Positions 46,101 through 58,399 of a stretch of 64,000 bases of DNA are shown here, piece after piece. The notes under the pieces were generated by a model, which had not been told where the DNA came from, made no database searches, and saw nothing but the letters and a program-made list of their open reading frames with translations. A program made the position numbers and the translations under genes. The stretch's first letter is position 1, and every line of letters starts with the position of its first letter. Source of the stretch: Chlorokybus atmophyticus (taxonomy: Eukaryota; Plantae; Mesostigma and Chlorokybus algae); assembly GCA_009103225.1 (NCBI GenBank), contig RHPI01003508.1, forward strand, positions 124,001 to 188,000. The letters are read 5' to 3'.

Positions 46101-49083
46101 AAGCAATTTAACAAGCGTGAAGTAGGGACAGTACGATTGTCGGCAATATTGATCAACCCTCGCGTTAGTCACGGACTCTTGGCTACATTTCGGACACGGG
46201 TGGTACCCATGTTGAAGACATTCAGTAGCACAATGCAGGGCGTAAAAAGTTCTATCTTGATTGACACAAGTGCAACACAACTTCGTTAAGGAACAATGGG
46301 TTGTGCGCAACAAAATAGCGTGTAAACCCTCAGCATTTTCAGCTGCTAGTGCGAGGGGTGCGTTGCCAGTAAAGGGGAGATACAAATGAAGTAAGAATTG
46401 GAAAATTGTCATGCCACTCTTACTTTCATAGTAGTATCCATTAACATATCAGGTGTTAATGTGGTATTAAGACAGGAATGGCAGAAAAATGTTAAAACGA
46501 CATTGGATACTGGCGCACACCTGTGCACATTAAAGAAAGGTCGTAAGCGTGTAACATTGTCTGTGAAAGGGTCACATAGCTTAGAGCACAAGCACCTCGA
46601 CCCTGCGTTACTCACTGCAAGTGAAGCGCGCGGTGCGCAAAAACATACCGGCTTTTGGTCCACTTGACATCGTTGGACAACTTTATGCCGAGCAGTACAG
46701 AAGGTGTTGCCAACATCATCAAGATTACCAACATGTGTTCTTAGATGAGTTGCTTGGCTTACCTCCTGATCGAGGTGTTGGACACACTATACCACTCATT
46801 TTTTATAGTGAGCCTCCGTTTCGGCCTATATATAGGCTAAGCCCCCGCGAGAGGGGGGAATTCATTGAACCGAGTTCTTCACCCTTTGACGCGCCCATTT
46901 TGTTTGTGATGAAAAAGATTGGAAAGCTGCGCATGTGTGTGGATTACCGTGCCTTGAACAAGATTACAATTGAAAATTGATACTCGTTACCACAAATTGA
47001 TGATGTGTTTGATCAACTGTCAAGAGATGCGTATTTCAGAACACTGAACTTGACAAATGGATATCATCAAATCCGGATTTATCCTTCTGATGTTTACATA
47101 ACAGCATTCAGCACACCTTCAGGCCATTATCAGTACAAAATGTTACCTTTTTGACAGATTAATGCGCCCGCAATGTTTCAGAAGGAGATGAATAAAATTT
47201 CTGGTGCCATCCTTGGCAAGTATGTTATAGTTTACTTGGAGGACATCATTGTCTTCAGTAAACTAAGAAACATCAGCAGCAGCACTTGGAAACGGTGTTT
47301 ACCTTATTGCATACACATCGCTTGTTTGCCTTTCTTGCAAAGTGTGGCTTTTGCAAAACGGAGTTGCCATTTTTGGGGCACATTGTGAGCGGTGCGGGTG
47401 TTAAACTTGACCCTCGCAAGGTGCAAATTGTAAAAAGATTGGCCTCAACCCAAGAATGTACATTACCTGCGACCATTCTTGGGATTGGCAAACTACTTTT
47501 GCAAGTTTATGATGGGGTATTCAACAGTTGTGCCTTTGACAAAATTGTTGCAAAGCGACGCTCAATTCTTGTGGACTGTTGAGTTAGCTGCTATGCAACA
47601 AGTGAAGCTAGCTTTGACTTCGGCTCCAGTGTTAGAATTGTCGAACTGGGGCAAGCACTTTCTGTGGTTAGCGATCGCTATGCGTCCACCCTTGGGTGTG
47701 GTGCAGTATTGTTGCGAGATGGCAGACCATGTGCTTATGAGAGTAGGAAGTTCATCTCAGCAGAAGTGAACTACACTACCACCAAACAAGAGTTGCTTGG
47801 CATAGTACATGCTCTGGAAACATTGCGATGTTACTTGGAGGAAGCTCAGTTCACAGTGGTGATTGATCATAATTTATTGGTGTACTTGTCGACACAGCAA
47901 AACTTGTCACGTAGACAAGCTCGCTGCTTCGAATGGCTGAGTTCGCAATCAATAATGCATGGCAAGAGAGTGTGCAGGAATCTCCGTTTTTCTTGAATTA
48001 CGGAATGCATCCACAAGTCTTGCAGATATCAAGTTGCCCGCTGCTGATATCAGTCGCATGCCTGCAGCGCGCGAGATGGCTTCGGCCATGCAGGATAGGT
48101 TAGCATTGGCAAAGGACTGTCTACGCGCAGCGCAGCGCAAGACATACATAAAGCCCCTGTTGATGCACATCGTAGAGAGGCCTACTATGATGTGGGCTGT
48201 TCGGTACTTTTAAGCACCAAAAACATATCCATCAAGGGAGTGGGTACCCGCAAGTGCTTCCCTCGCTGGATAGGCCCTTTCAAAGTGATTAATCGGGTTG
48301 GCACTCACGCGTATCGTTTAGACTTACGAAAGTCGATACGCATTCACAATGTGCTTTATGTGAGTGTATTAAAACCGCACCATTCTGACGGTCGCGTTCA
48401 ACCTCCTCCACCCCCCCCTTGCAGTGGATGGCGACGATAGTTTTGAGTATGAGGTGGAAGTAATCCTGAGTCACCGTAAGCCCCAACGCGGACGCGCGCT
48501 GTCGTACTTAGTGAAATGGGAAGGGTATGGTGTTGAGCACAATACATGGGAGCCCAAAAGGAGTCTTACCAACTGCCAGGAGATTCTTCGGGGGTACTGG
48601 AGTACTGTATTTACACGAGAACGGTAAAAGGGTGTTGGCAGACATCTTTACCATTTCGGCCCAGAATCTCTGACTGCTTTGGTTTTTAGTGCTCATAGTG
48701 GGGCTTTGCTAACCCTTCCATGAGGACATTGAAACCTATGTGGGGGGAATGTAACGGAGTGCTACTTCTATAGTGGTCCCCGCCCTTCTCTAAGATTAGA
48801 TCAGGGTCCGAACGGGTATATACAGCCATTTAAGCCATATTAAAGCCGTTAACCTAATGTTAATGCCCTAATGTAGTGTTACGATAAGTAATATTGATAT
48901 CGGCATGAGACTCATGTCTCATACCGATATCAGCCGCATAGCGGCGCTGCTAACGCAGCGGCCGCCATAGCTAGGGGATCTTTGGCTCCGGCAGTTGCCC
49001 CTGGCGGCGGCGGTGTCGACGGCCTGGCTGGAGGCGATGTTGGGGTAGGGGATTGGAGGGGGCGGTAGCACCCCTCCTTTACA
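43177..49083 (+). mobile_element. Chromovirus (Ty3/gypsy) G1, decayed, integrase core deleted
   Basis: LTRs 43177-43500 and 48750-49083 (TGTAAC...TTTACA); PBS TTGGTATCGGAGC; PPT GGGGGGAA; TSD GCCGA/GCTGA; gag [36 protein letters not shown] and chromodomain EYEVEVIL...YLVKWEGYGVEHNTWEP (48440-48590); jump from RH end to IN C-terminus near 47940. Confidence 0.93.
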
Positions 49084-49334
49084 GCTGACATTGTTGCTAT
49101 TAAAATGCCATCAGCCTTTAATGTGCTTGCATTGGCATGTGCCATTCACGTTTACACACTTGATCATGCTGCGCTAACAGTGATGACATAATTGAACAAT
49201 TGCGGGGGTGTTGCATGATTTGCTAAAAAATCTAAGCATAGATTCTTGGCTCTAGCCCTTGCAATTGCTTCAATGAGTTTTATAGCATTTTGCACAAGGC
49301 GTAGTACTTTTTCCACACTCTCGTAGCTCGTGTG

Positions 49335-52300
49335 TGTAACGGAGTGCTACCGCTATGCGGTTCCCCGCCCTTATTTAGTTAGAAATAAGGATCACAATGG
49401 GCAATTAACAGCCAATTGAGCCGTATTAGGGCCTTTATGGCCTTAATGTAGTGTAAGCTTATCGCTAACACTGATAGCGATGTGAGACTCATGTCTCACA
49501 TCGATATCAGCCGCATAATGGCGCTGCTAACGCAGCGGCCGCCATAGCCAGAAGATCTTTTGCTCTGGCAGCTGCCCCGGCAGCGGCGGCGGCGGTGTGG
49601 GCCTGCGGCGTCGCTGGTGGTGGTGTTGGGTTAGGGGATTAAAGGGGGCGGTAGCCCCCCCCCCCCCCCCCCCCCCNTTGGAGGAAGGGGAGGTGAGGGG
49701 CCTGTAGGGCGGCGGCGGCAGCAGTAGCCGCCACCGCCACCGCCACCCACGTGTTAGGGTGGGTAGCGGTGTTAGTTGTTGTTGTTGTGTTGTTGTGTAT
49801 AACGCTGCTGCTGGTGTAGCTTAATTAGCCTTGCTTACTTGCTAGCCTAGCTTAGCCTAGCCTAGCTGCCTAGCTTAGCCTAGCTTGCTACTGTGAAGGG
49901 GAGGCGGCCACTCAGGCAGCCCACCCCCGAGCATTGCATCCCAGCACATCACTTAGTAACTCACATTACTATCAATACGTGTGTGCTTGTGGGATAGCCA
50001 CCGCGTGGATTTGCGGGGGTGTGAAGGGTTTTGTGCGCGCACACGCATTCGCATGCGTGCTCTAACCCTTGAGGGCAGTCTCGTGGCAACATCGGCTGTC
50101 GTGACCGCCAGTCAGTGCGGTGGGGCCAACAGACTTGTTCTGTTCGGCCAAGCAAACTCCATTCACACTTGGCACTACTCGTGTCAATTGCAATTGTGCA
50201 TTACTGGAGTTGTACAACCTGAGAACTTTGAGCTGTTGTAGCGTGCAAACCGTCGCGTAGAATCGCGTGCGGTTTGTTTGCAAGCAAGCGTCTTGTTAAG
50301 AGGTGTTGGGTAGTCCCTTCACGGGATGTTTTACCCAAGTTAAAAACCTTGCAATCAACGAGAAGGAAACAACAAATTTTAACACTTTCAAAGTGCACAA
50401 CTCGTGTGCTTGTGCACTTGCAAACTTCTTAACAGCTTGTCTCCTTGGGCAGATGTCTTACCAAGGAGAGGAAGGCGGGGTGTATCCCGTTCCTGAGGAT
50501 TCATCCTATGAGCCATCAAGTGATGAGGAAGTGAAGCACTCGGACACGAGTGGTCGTTACAGTGTTAGTGATGAGGAAGAAGCCAAGTCCAAGAGTGGTG
50601 AAGCTTCTTCCAACAAGTCCTCTCATGACAAACAACCTATGGACGCTCAGAGCATCATCGGGGCGGCCATAGCAAACGCATCAGAGCGTGATGCTCTTCT
50701 TGCTGCACACTTCCAGCTTCGCAAGGAAGGAAGTGTGGGATAAGTGGGCGCAGCAAGTCCGTAACGCATATGAGACGGACTTCGCGGCACTCCCGCGCGC
50801 AAGCAAGGAGATGGTGATTTGCATGATCGTGCACGAGTTGACGCGTAATGTACCGCGACTCACGTGCACAAATCTAGCAGTGCCTGCTCTTAGGGCCACT
50901 TATAACAAACCAGAGGATGGCGTTCGAGGCTCTCACCTCATTAACGGTAGAGACTTGGAAGCGTTGCAAGGACCTCTTCTGGTACTTAGGGCCTGAGCTG
51001 GAGGAAAAGTTGGCTCGAGAAGAGCGCTTGACTGCGCGCCTCAATGCTATGTAGTCCGAGTTGGTCGCATTATGCCAGCAGGTGGCTGGAGCTACCACAA
51101 CTATAGCAGGGACATTAGTTGGCCTACCCGTTACAACGATGAACAAGCCCGAGAAGTTCAAGCCTAATGGGGCTGTGAACATTCATGATTGGGTGGTGAT
51201 TGTGAAGCGCGACTTGGCTGCACTTCAGCGACCAGTTAGTGAGCATACATCTGTTGCTGAGTTGCTCATGCCACCTGACGCTTTAGACGAGTGCACGACA
51301 AACAGAGGATGGTGCTTTTAAGACTATGGAGGCATTATTTCGGTTCTTGGTGGAGCGCAACGATAGCATGAATCTGGTTACTGCTGCTCGCAACAAGCTT
51401 ACTAAGATGCGACAGAATGGTCGGGCGGCTACAGTGTACTTGCAGGAGTTTCTGGCACTTGTTGGCCGTGTCAACATTGGGCTCATGCCCATAGACAAGG
51501 CTGAGCATTTTAACCTGTACAAGCGCGGCTTGGATGCGCGCTTGCACGACCAGTTGCAGTACAACACGTTGACGGGGCAGCCGTGGGTTCCCGCGGACCT
51601 CGCAACCTTGCAGAGGTTGAGTGTGTATCTGTTCAACGACGATGCTGCGGCTGTGCAGGACAAGTCACATGTGGTGGCTTCAGTCAAGCCACATGGGGGA
51701 GGGGGGAAGCGGTTCCCTCCACCAAGTGCGCATGCGGCAAAGAAGGTGCTACGCCTTTTGCAGCACGCGCATGCTATGTGTGCCATCAGCTAGGCCACAT
51801 TGCGAAGAACTGCCTAGGCAAGGTGAAGGGCAAGGTCAAGAAGGTTGAATATGAATACGTCGTGACTGATGTACCTTCATGTAGTGTCCAGTTGCTAGTG
51901 TTACATGCAGCAAACCGGTTTGATGAATTGTCTCGTGTGCATGTAATGACACATGCATGGCAAGCACATGATAAGCTGCCACGTTTTTATAGTGAAAAAG
52001 TGGATGACAATGCTTGTGTGCTAGTGCATGTAAAGTTTAACATGCTAACAAAAGTTTTGCGCACATTGTGTGAGTTACAAAATAAATATACGACACTGAC
52101 TGTGGTTGTCATGGTGCTTAAGTATCACGGACCATGGCTAAAGCATACTCGGGGGGGGACTGTGTTGAAACAATTCACAAAGTGTGAAACGGGAACAGTG
52201 CGGTTGTCAGCAGTATTGATTAACCCACGCATCATTCACCGAATCTTGGCTACCTTTCAAGGGCGAGTAGTACCTTTATTGTGGACCTTTACAGGCCCGG

Positions 52301-55300
52301 CATAGGGTACTACTAGCTCGTTCTTGGTTAACACTGGGGCAACGCATAATTTCGCTAAAGAAAAATGGGTTATGCGCAATAAGTTAGCGTGCAAACCCTC
52401 AACCTTCTCAGCTGCTGGGGGTGGGGGTGCGTTATCAGTAAAAGGTGAAATGAAGTTGAAAATCAAGACTGGTAGTTATCAAGCCAAATTTAACTTCATC
52501 GTAGTACCCATTGACATAGCTGGTGTTGATGTGGTATTTGGCCAAGAATGGCAAGATCAAGTGTCTATGACATTAGATACTGCTGCACGGTTGTGCACAG
52601 TAAAGAAGGGGCGTAAGCGCATCATTTTATCCGTGCAGGGGTCGCATAGCTTAGAATACAAGCAAATAGACCCTGCGTTACTTACGGCGCTTCAAGTGAA
52701 GCGTGCGTTACGTAAAAACACACTTGCTTTTGTAATGCACTTAACGTCAAGTGATGGTGTAGTGCCTGACAATACAGAATGTGTGGCGGACATCGTCATT
52801 GATAAGTTTCAGTATGTGTTCTTTGAGTAGTTGCCGGGCTTGGCCCCTGATCGAGGTGTCGGACACACAATACCTTTGATTCCTGATAGTGAGCCTCCAT
52901 TTCGGCCTACATAAAGGTTGAGCCCTCGTGGGAGGGGGGAAATGGAAACACAGATAAAAGAGTTACTAGAAAAGGGATTGATTGAACCAAGTTCTTCACC
53001 CTTTGGCGCACCCATCTTGTTTGTTATGAAGAAGAATATGAAGTTGCGCATGTGTGTGGATTACCGTGCTATAAACAAGATCACGGTAAAAAACAGATAC
53101 CTGTTGCCAATGATTGATGATGTGGCTGACAAGTTGTCAGGGAATGCGTACTTTAATACGCTAGACTTGACAAGTGGCCATCTTCAAATCCGGATTCATC
53201 CTTTGGATGTCTATAAGACAGCATTCAGGACACCTACGGGCCATTATTAAACCAAAGTGTTACCTTTTTAATTGACTAATGTACCCGCTGTGTTTAAAAG
53301 GAAATGAATTGGAATTTTGGTGATATGCTTGGTAAGCATGTCATGATAAATTGGATGTCATCGTTGTCGTCAATAAAACAAAAGAAGAACATAGGCAACA
53401 CTTGGAAGCGGTGTTTGCAAGATTGCGCAAGCATCGTTTATGGCTCGCCGAGTGTGATTTTTGTGGAACGGAGTTGCCCTTCCTTCGTTGTATTGTGAGT
53501 GGTGCGGGTATCAAGCCTGACCCTCGCAAATTGCAGGTTGTAAAAGAGTGGCCCCAACCTCAGAATGTCCATCAATCAAGGTCGTTTCTAGGGTTGGCAA
53601 ACTACTTTCGCAAGTTCATAATGGGGTACTCGACAGTTGTCATGCCTTCCACCACACTGTTGCGTAAAGATGCCCCGTTCACTGAGAGGACAGAACAAGA
53701 AGCTGCTATGCAAAAGGTGAAGTTGGCTTTAACATCCGATGTTAATTCTGATGATCAGCGCCGGTGTTAGCACTGCCAAATCGGGACAAACACTTCACAG
53801 TCAGTGACGCATCAACACTTGGGTGTGGTGCTATACTGCTGCAAGATGGCAGACCTTGAACTTATGAGAGTAGGAAGTTCATTCCTGCAGAGGTAAACGA
53901 CACTACGACAGAGCAAGAACTATTGGGTATAGTTCATGCTATTGAGACATGGAGATGTTACTTGGAGGGTGTTCAGTTCACTGTTATGATTGATCACAAC
54001 CCGTTGGTGTATTTCTCAACACAGCAAAACTTGTCGAGACGGCAAGCGCGCTGGAATGAGTTTTTGTCCAGGTTCACCTTTGATTGGGTGTATCGGCCGA
54101 GCAGAACCAATGTGGCTGACCCTTTAAGTCGCTGCCCGTCATTACTGGCGGTGATGCGAACGCAATTACTTGCGACACGCAGCACATTGTCTCTTGATGA
54201 TGAGTTTGTGCAAGCTTTTGTACAAGGGTACACTTTAAACCCATGGTTTGCTATTGCAGACAACTTACAAAAGTTTGACAAACGTGACAATCTGTATTAT
54301 ATGAGCAACAGTTTGGTGATACCTGACCATGCTAAAATGCGTGTAAATGCATAGCGGATATACACGATCCACCGTACGCTGGGCACTTCGATAGTCGCAA
54401 GACCACTAAGGCAGCGCAACAGTTGTATTGGTGACCATCGTTGCCTGCTAATGTAAAGCGATATGTGGACACGTGTGACAAATGTCAACGTGACAAACCG
54501 CTACGTCAAAAGCCCGCTGGGCTATTGCGGCCGTTACCAGTTCTTGACCGTAAGTGGGAAAGTATGAGTATAGACCTTATCACTGAGCTCCCTGAGACAG
54601 CGTTGGGTCATACTACGGTTGCAGTATTTGTGGATTATTTGACAGAAATGGTTCACATTGTTCCTTGCCGTACGAAGATAGGCTCCCGTGATCTAGCGAT
54701 GGTTTTTGTCGCGTCAGTGTTCAAGTTGTATGGCTTGCCTCGCAACATTGTCTCTGATCGTGACCCGAGGTTTGTGTCTCAGTTCTGAAAGTCGCTATGC
54801 AACTTCCTGCAGATACAGCAGCACACGAGTACTACTTATCATCCGCAACTGATGGTCAGACTGAATCCAAACAAGTAAATGAGGAAACCATATATTATGT
54901 GAGTCCGAATCAGTCTGATTGGGATATTTATCTTCCAATGGCTGAGTTCGCGCTTGACAATGCATGGCACGAGAGTGTGCAGGAAACTCTATTTTTCTTG
55001 GATTACGGAGTGCATCCACAAAGTCTTGCGAGTATTAAGTTGCCAGCTAGCGACTTGATTCGCGTGCCTGCACAGCGCGAGATGGTTGCGGCCATGCAAG
55101 ACAGGTTAGCGTTGGCAAAAAGCTGTCTCCGCGCAGCGCAAGACAGACAGAAAGCCCAAGCTGATAAGCATTGTAGGCAGGCCGACTATGATGTGGGCAA
55201 TTCGGTGCTTCTAAGCACTTAAAACATATCCATCAAGGGAGTGGGTACCCGAAAGTTTTTCCCTCGCTGGATAGGCCCCTTCAAAGTGGTTGATCGGGTC

Positions 55301-56139
55301 GGCACTCACGCGTATCGTTTGGAGTTACCACAATCCATACGTATACATAACGTGTTTCATGTGAGTGTACTGAAGCCATACCGTTCAGACGGTCCGGTTC
55401 AACCTCCTCCACCCCCCGTCGCAGTGGATGGCAATAATACTTTCGAGTACGAGGTGGAAGCAATCCTGAGTCACTGTAGACCCCGACGCAAACGCGCGCC
55501 AACTTACTTACTTGGTGAAATGAAAAGGGTATGGTCACCATACCTTCAACACGGTGTTGAACACAACACGTGGGAACCCCAAAGGAATCTTACCAACTGC
55601 TAAGAGATTATTTGGGCGTACTGGAGTAATGTGTCCGCGCGGACGGTAAAAGGGTGGCGGCAGACATCTTTACCGCTTCGGCCCTGGTTTTTCTTGTACT
55701 CAGGTTTTGAGTGCTTACGGTGCGGCCCTGCTAGAACTTCAATAAGGATTGAACTCTAAGTGAGCGGGAATGTAACGGAGTGCTACCGCTATGCGGTTCC
55801 CTGCCCTTATTTGGATAGAAATAAGGGTCCCAACGGATAATTAACAGCCATTTGAGCCGTATTAGGGCCTTTTTGGCCTTAATGTGGTGTTAGCTTATCG
55901 CTAACACTGATTTTGATGTGATACTCATGTCTCACACCGATATATATCGATGTGCGACTCATTTCTCACATCGATATCAGCCGCATGGCGGCGGTGCTAA
56001 CGCAGCGGCCGCCATAGCCAGAGAATCTTTTGCTGGCAGCTGCCCGGCAGCGGCGGCGGCGGTGTGGGCCGGTGGCGTGGCTGGTAGTGGTGTTGGGGTA
56101 GGGGATTAAAGGGGGCGGTAGCACCCCCTCCCTCCTATA
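49335..56139 (+). mobile_element. Chromovirus G2 (same family as G1), near full length, decayed
   Basis: LTRs 49335-~49676 and 55771-~56139; gag (KPEKFKPNG, CYVCHQLGHIAKNC), PR (LVNTGATHNF), RT, RH, IN (CDKCQRDK...WESMSIDLITELP...VSDRDPRF), chromodomain (EYEVEAIL...HNTWEP); right end and TSD not clean. Confidence 0.92.
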
Positions 56140-58399
56140 ATAAGATTTGATTGTTGGTATTAAAAAGACTACAAGTATAACAACGAGTACAATTGCCAGG
56201 CTGGTGTAAGTAATATTAAGAACCACCGGCTGATAAAGCTTGTTATAATAGCGTATCTTATACATAAATATTTAACAAGTATAGTATAGCACAATTATTA
56301 AACAATTTTAGATATTGCGGTGTTACATTGCAATTCAAGTTGTTATAGCAATAAATTGCAACACTTGATCTGGTTATCTCTTTGCCGATATAAACATGGG
56401 TCAATAATTTTTCTATAAGGTATAAACGTTATACTAAAATAAGATTTAATGAATGGTGTGTAATGCACGAATGCACGAATGTTCTTTCCCTCAAATGGTT
56501 AGCATCATACTGTATCAATGAACGATTCCATCATTCATGCATATGTGCATTACGCATTTAATGTTATTGTGCTCTGCATACAGTATGCACTATGCAAGCA
56601 GTCATTGCATTCGTTTTACATAAGCTATTGTCAATTACCATGTCGCCACAAATTTGTATAAACATGTCAATACAGAACTAAAGCATTGCATAAGTAAGAA
56701 CACTCGATCAAGGCGGACCGGTATGATACACCAACAATACAGCGATAAACACATGTGCATATATATAATATAGTTTTTCTTTGTACGAGCAATCATGATT
56801 TGATTGTTATTTTATGTTATCGATATCACACTTACTCAATTAGCATGATGCATCGAGTTAAGACTATTAAACGGACATATTCAACTTCGTATTCCAGAGT
56901 GACAATTAATATTGTGATTATTACCATAATCATGTATGAACGCTTCAACGGGGCGTCTGTTATGTCATTGCTGTTTGATAATATTACATGTGTGAGGATA
57001 GATGACTATGCGTCATTACATACATCCAAGATGCGTAAAAGTGCGCATGTACGACTTGAGCATTATCGTAAACGCGCATCATGCTTATGTCCATCACAAT
57101 GCATTGAAGAGCAATATGACGAATATATGATGATGTAAAAATTGAGACATTTTTGTATAAAATCTCCAATATCATCTTTACATCAGCAAAAAAAAGAATC
57201 TTTACAACATGCTTTAAAATTCAAGGTATATATATATATATATAAAAAGCAAACTGTCAACACAGCTGTATTGACTGAGTCGTTAAGGTATGTGTGTATG
57301 GTGCTGTATAAAGTTTTGAACTGAATGTGATGTACTTTATGATGGGGATGTTGAATCTGCGGGGACCGTTATGTTAATGGTGATGCACTGTTGTGCTAGT
57401 AGTCAAGCTACTCCCACACCCGGGGTAAACTGCTCAGCGTACCGGTACTGCAAAAGTACGGTTCCTGTACTTGACTGTATCATTCCTTCACTGTGCCAAG
57501 AGGAGATCGTCACCGATGGCGAGCACGTGGGGCACCAATAGCGTCGCTGCTGACATGAGGACAAGCTCTTACCATCAGCTGCCGTGCGACGTCGACAGGC
57601 CGCGAGATCGCTACACTGCCGAGAGGCGGCTGTGATTGGACGGCTTGTATGAGCGCTGTTTACTGAACCGACTGCTGGCGGCAACGCTGCGGCGTGCAAC
57701 GCCACGTCGGCAGGCGATCCGCCCTGCAACAAGATCCGGGCAGGGGGCGTGCACGGGGAGATACTGCCGGACGGGCATGATGGGACATCATTATTGACGG
57801 GTGGCCTTCATCACGGAAGATGCATGAAGTTGGCGGGAAAGCGCATCATGGGGCTACCGGGAGTAGGCGGGAGGGGACTTTAGACGATGTGGGCGCCTTC
57901 GGCGCGCTCAAAGCCAGCTGTTGCACGTCCTCCCGCGGCTTGTTTCGTAAGGGCCACCGCCGAGCGCCTGTCCTGCTTTCTTATGAAGCCCATCTGGCCT
58001 CTATTTGGATGCTTCCCCTGGAAAGACGAGCGACGACGCGATTCCACCAGCGGGTCACGCATCACACGCTGAGGACGGGACGGACGGCTCGAACCGACGG
58101 ATGCGTGACGCCCACCGCCGGCCTCTGTGAGAATATCAGCACCGGCGGCCTGATTTTTTCCATTAAATAAGCACCTTTTTATTACGCCTATAGAGGACCC
58201 CAGCTTGGCGGGGAAAGCTCCGTAGGCTCCGCTGTATCTGCTTTTCATGATGCTGCAAGGCAGTCACGCGTGTCAATGCATACTACCTGCTTGTCACGGT
58301 TCGGCGTGCGGGGGGCGGAAGGCAGAGATTGGCTGAAAACTGGACTAGACTTGGCGAGTCAATGCATAGCAGAAGGCGTGAGTGTCTAGTAGTTGTAGA

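Noticed and set aside
49335-56139. TSD for chromovirus G2
   Set aside because: The right LTR end is decayed (CCTCCTATAA) and does not give a match to the left flank, so no TSD is claimed.
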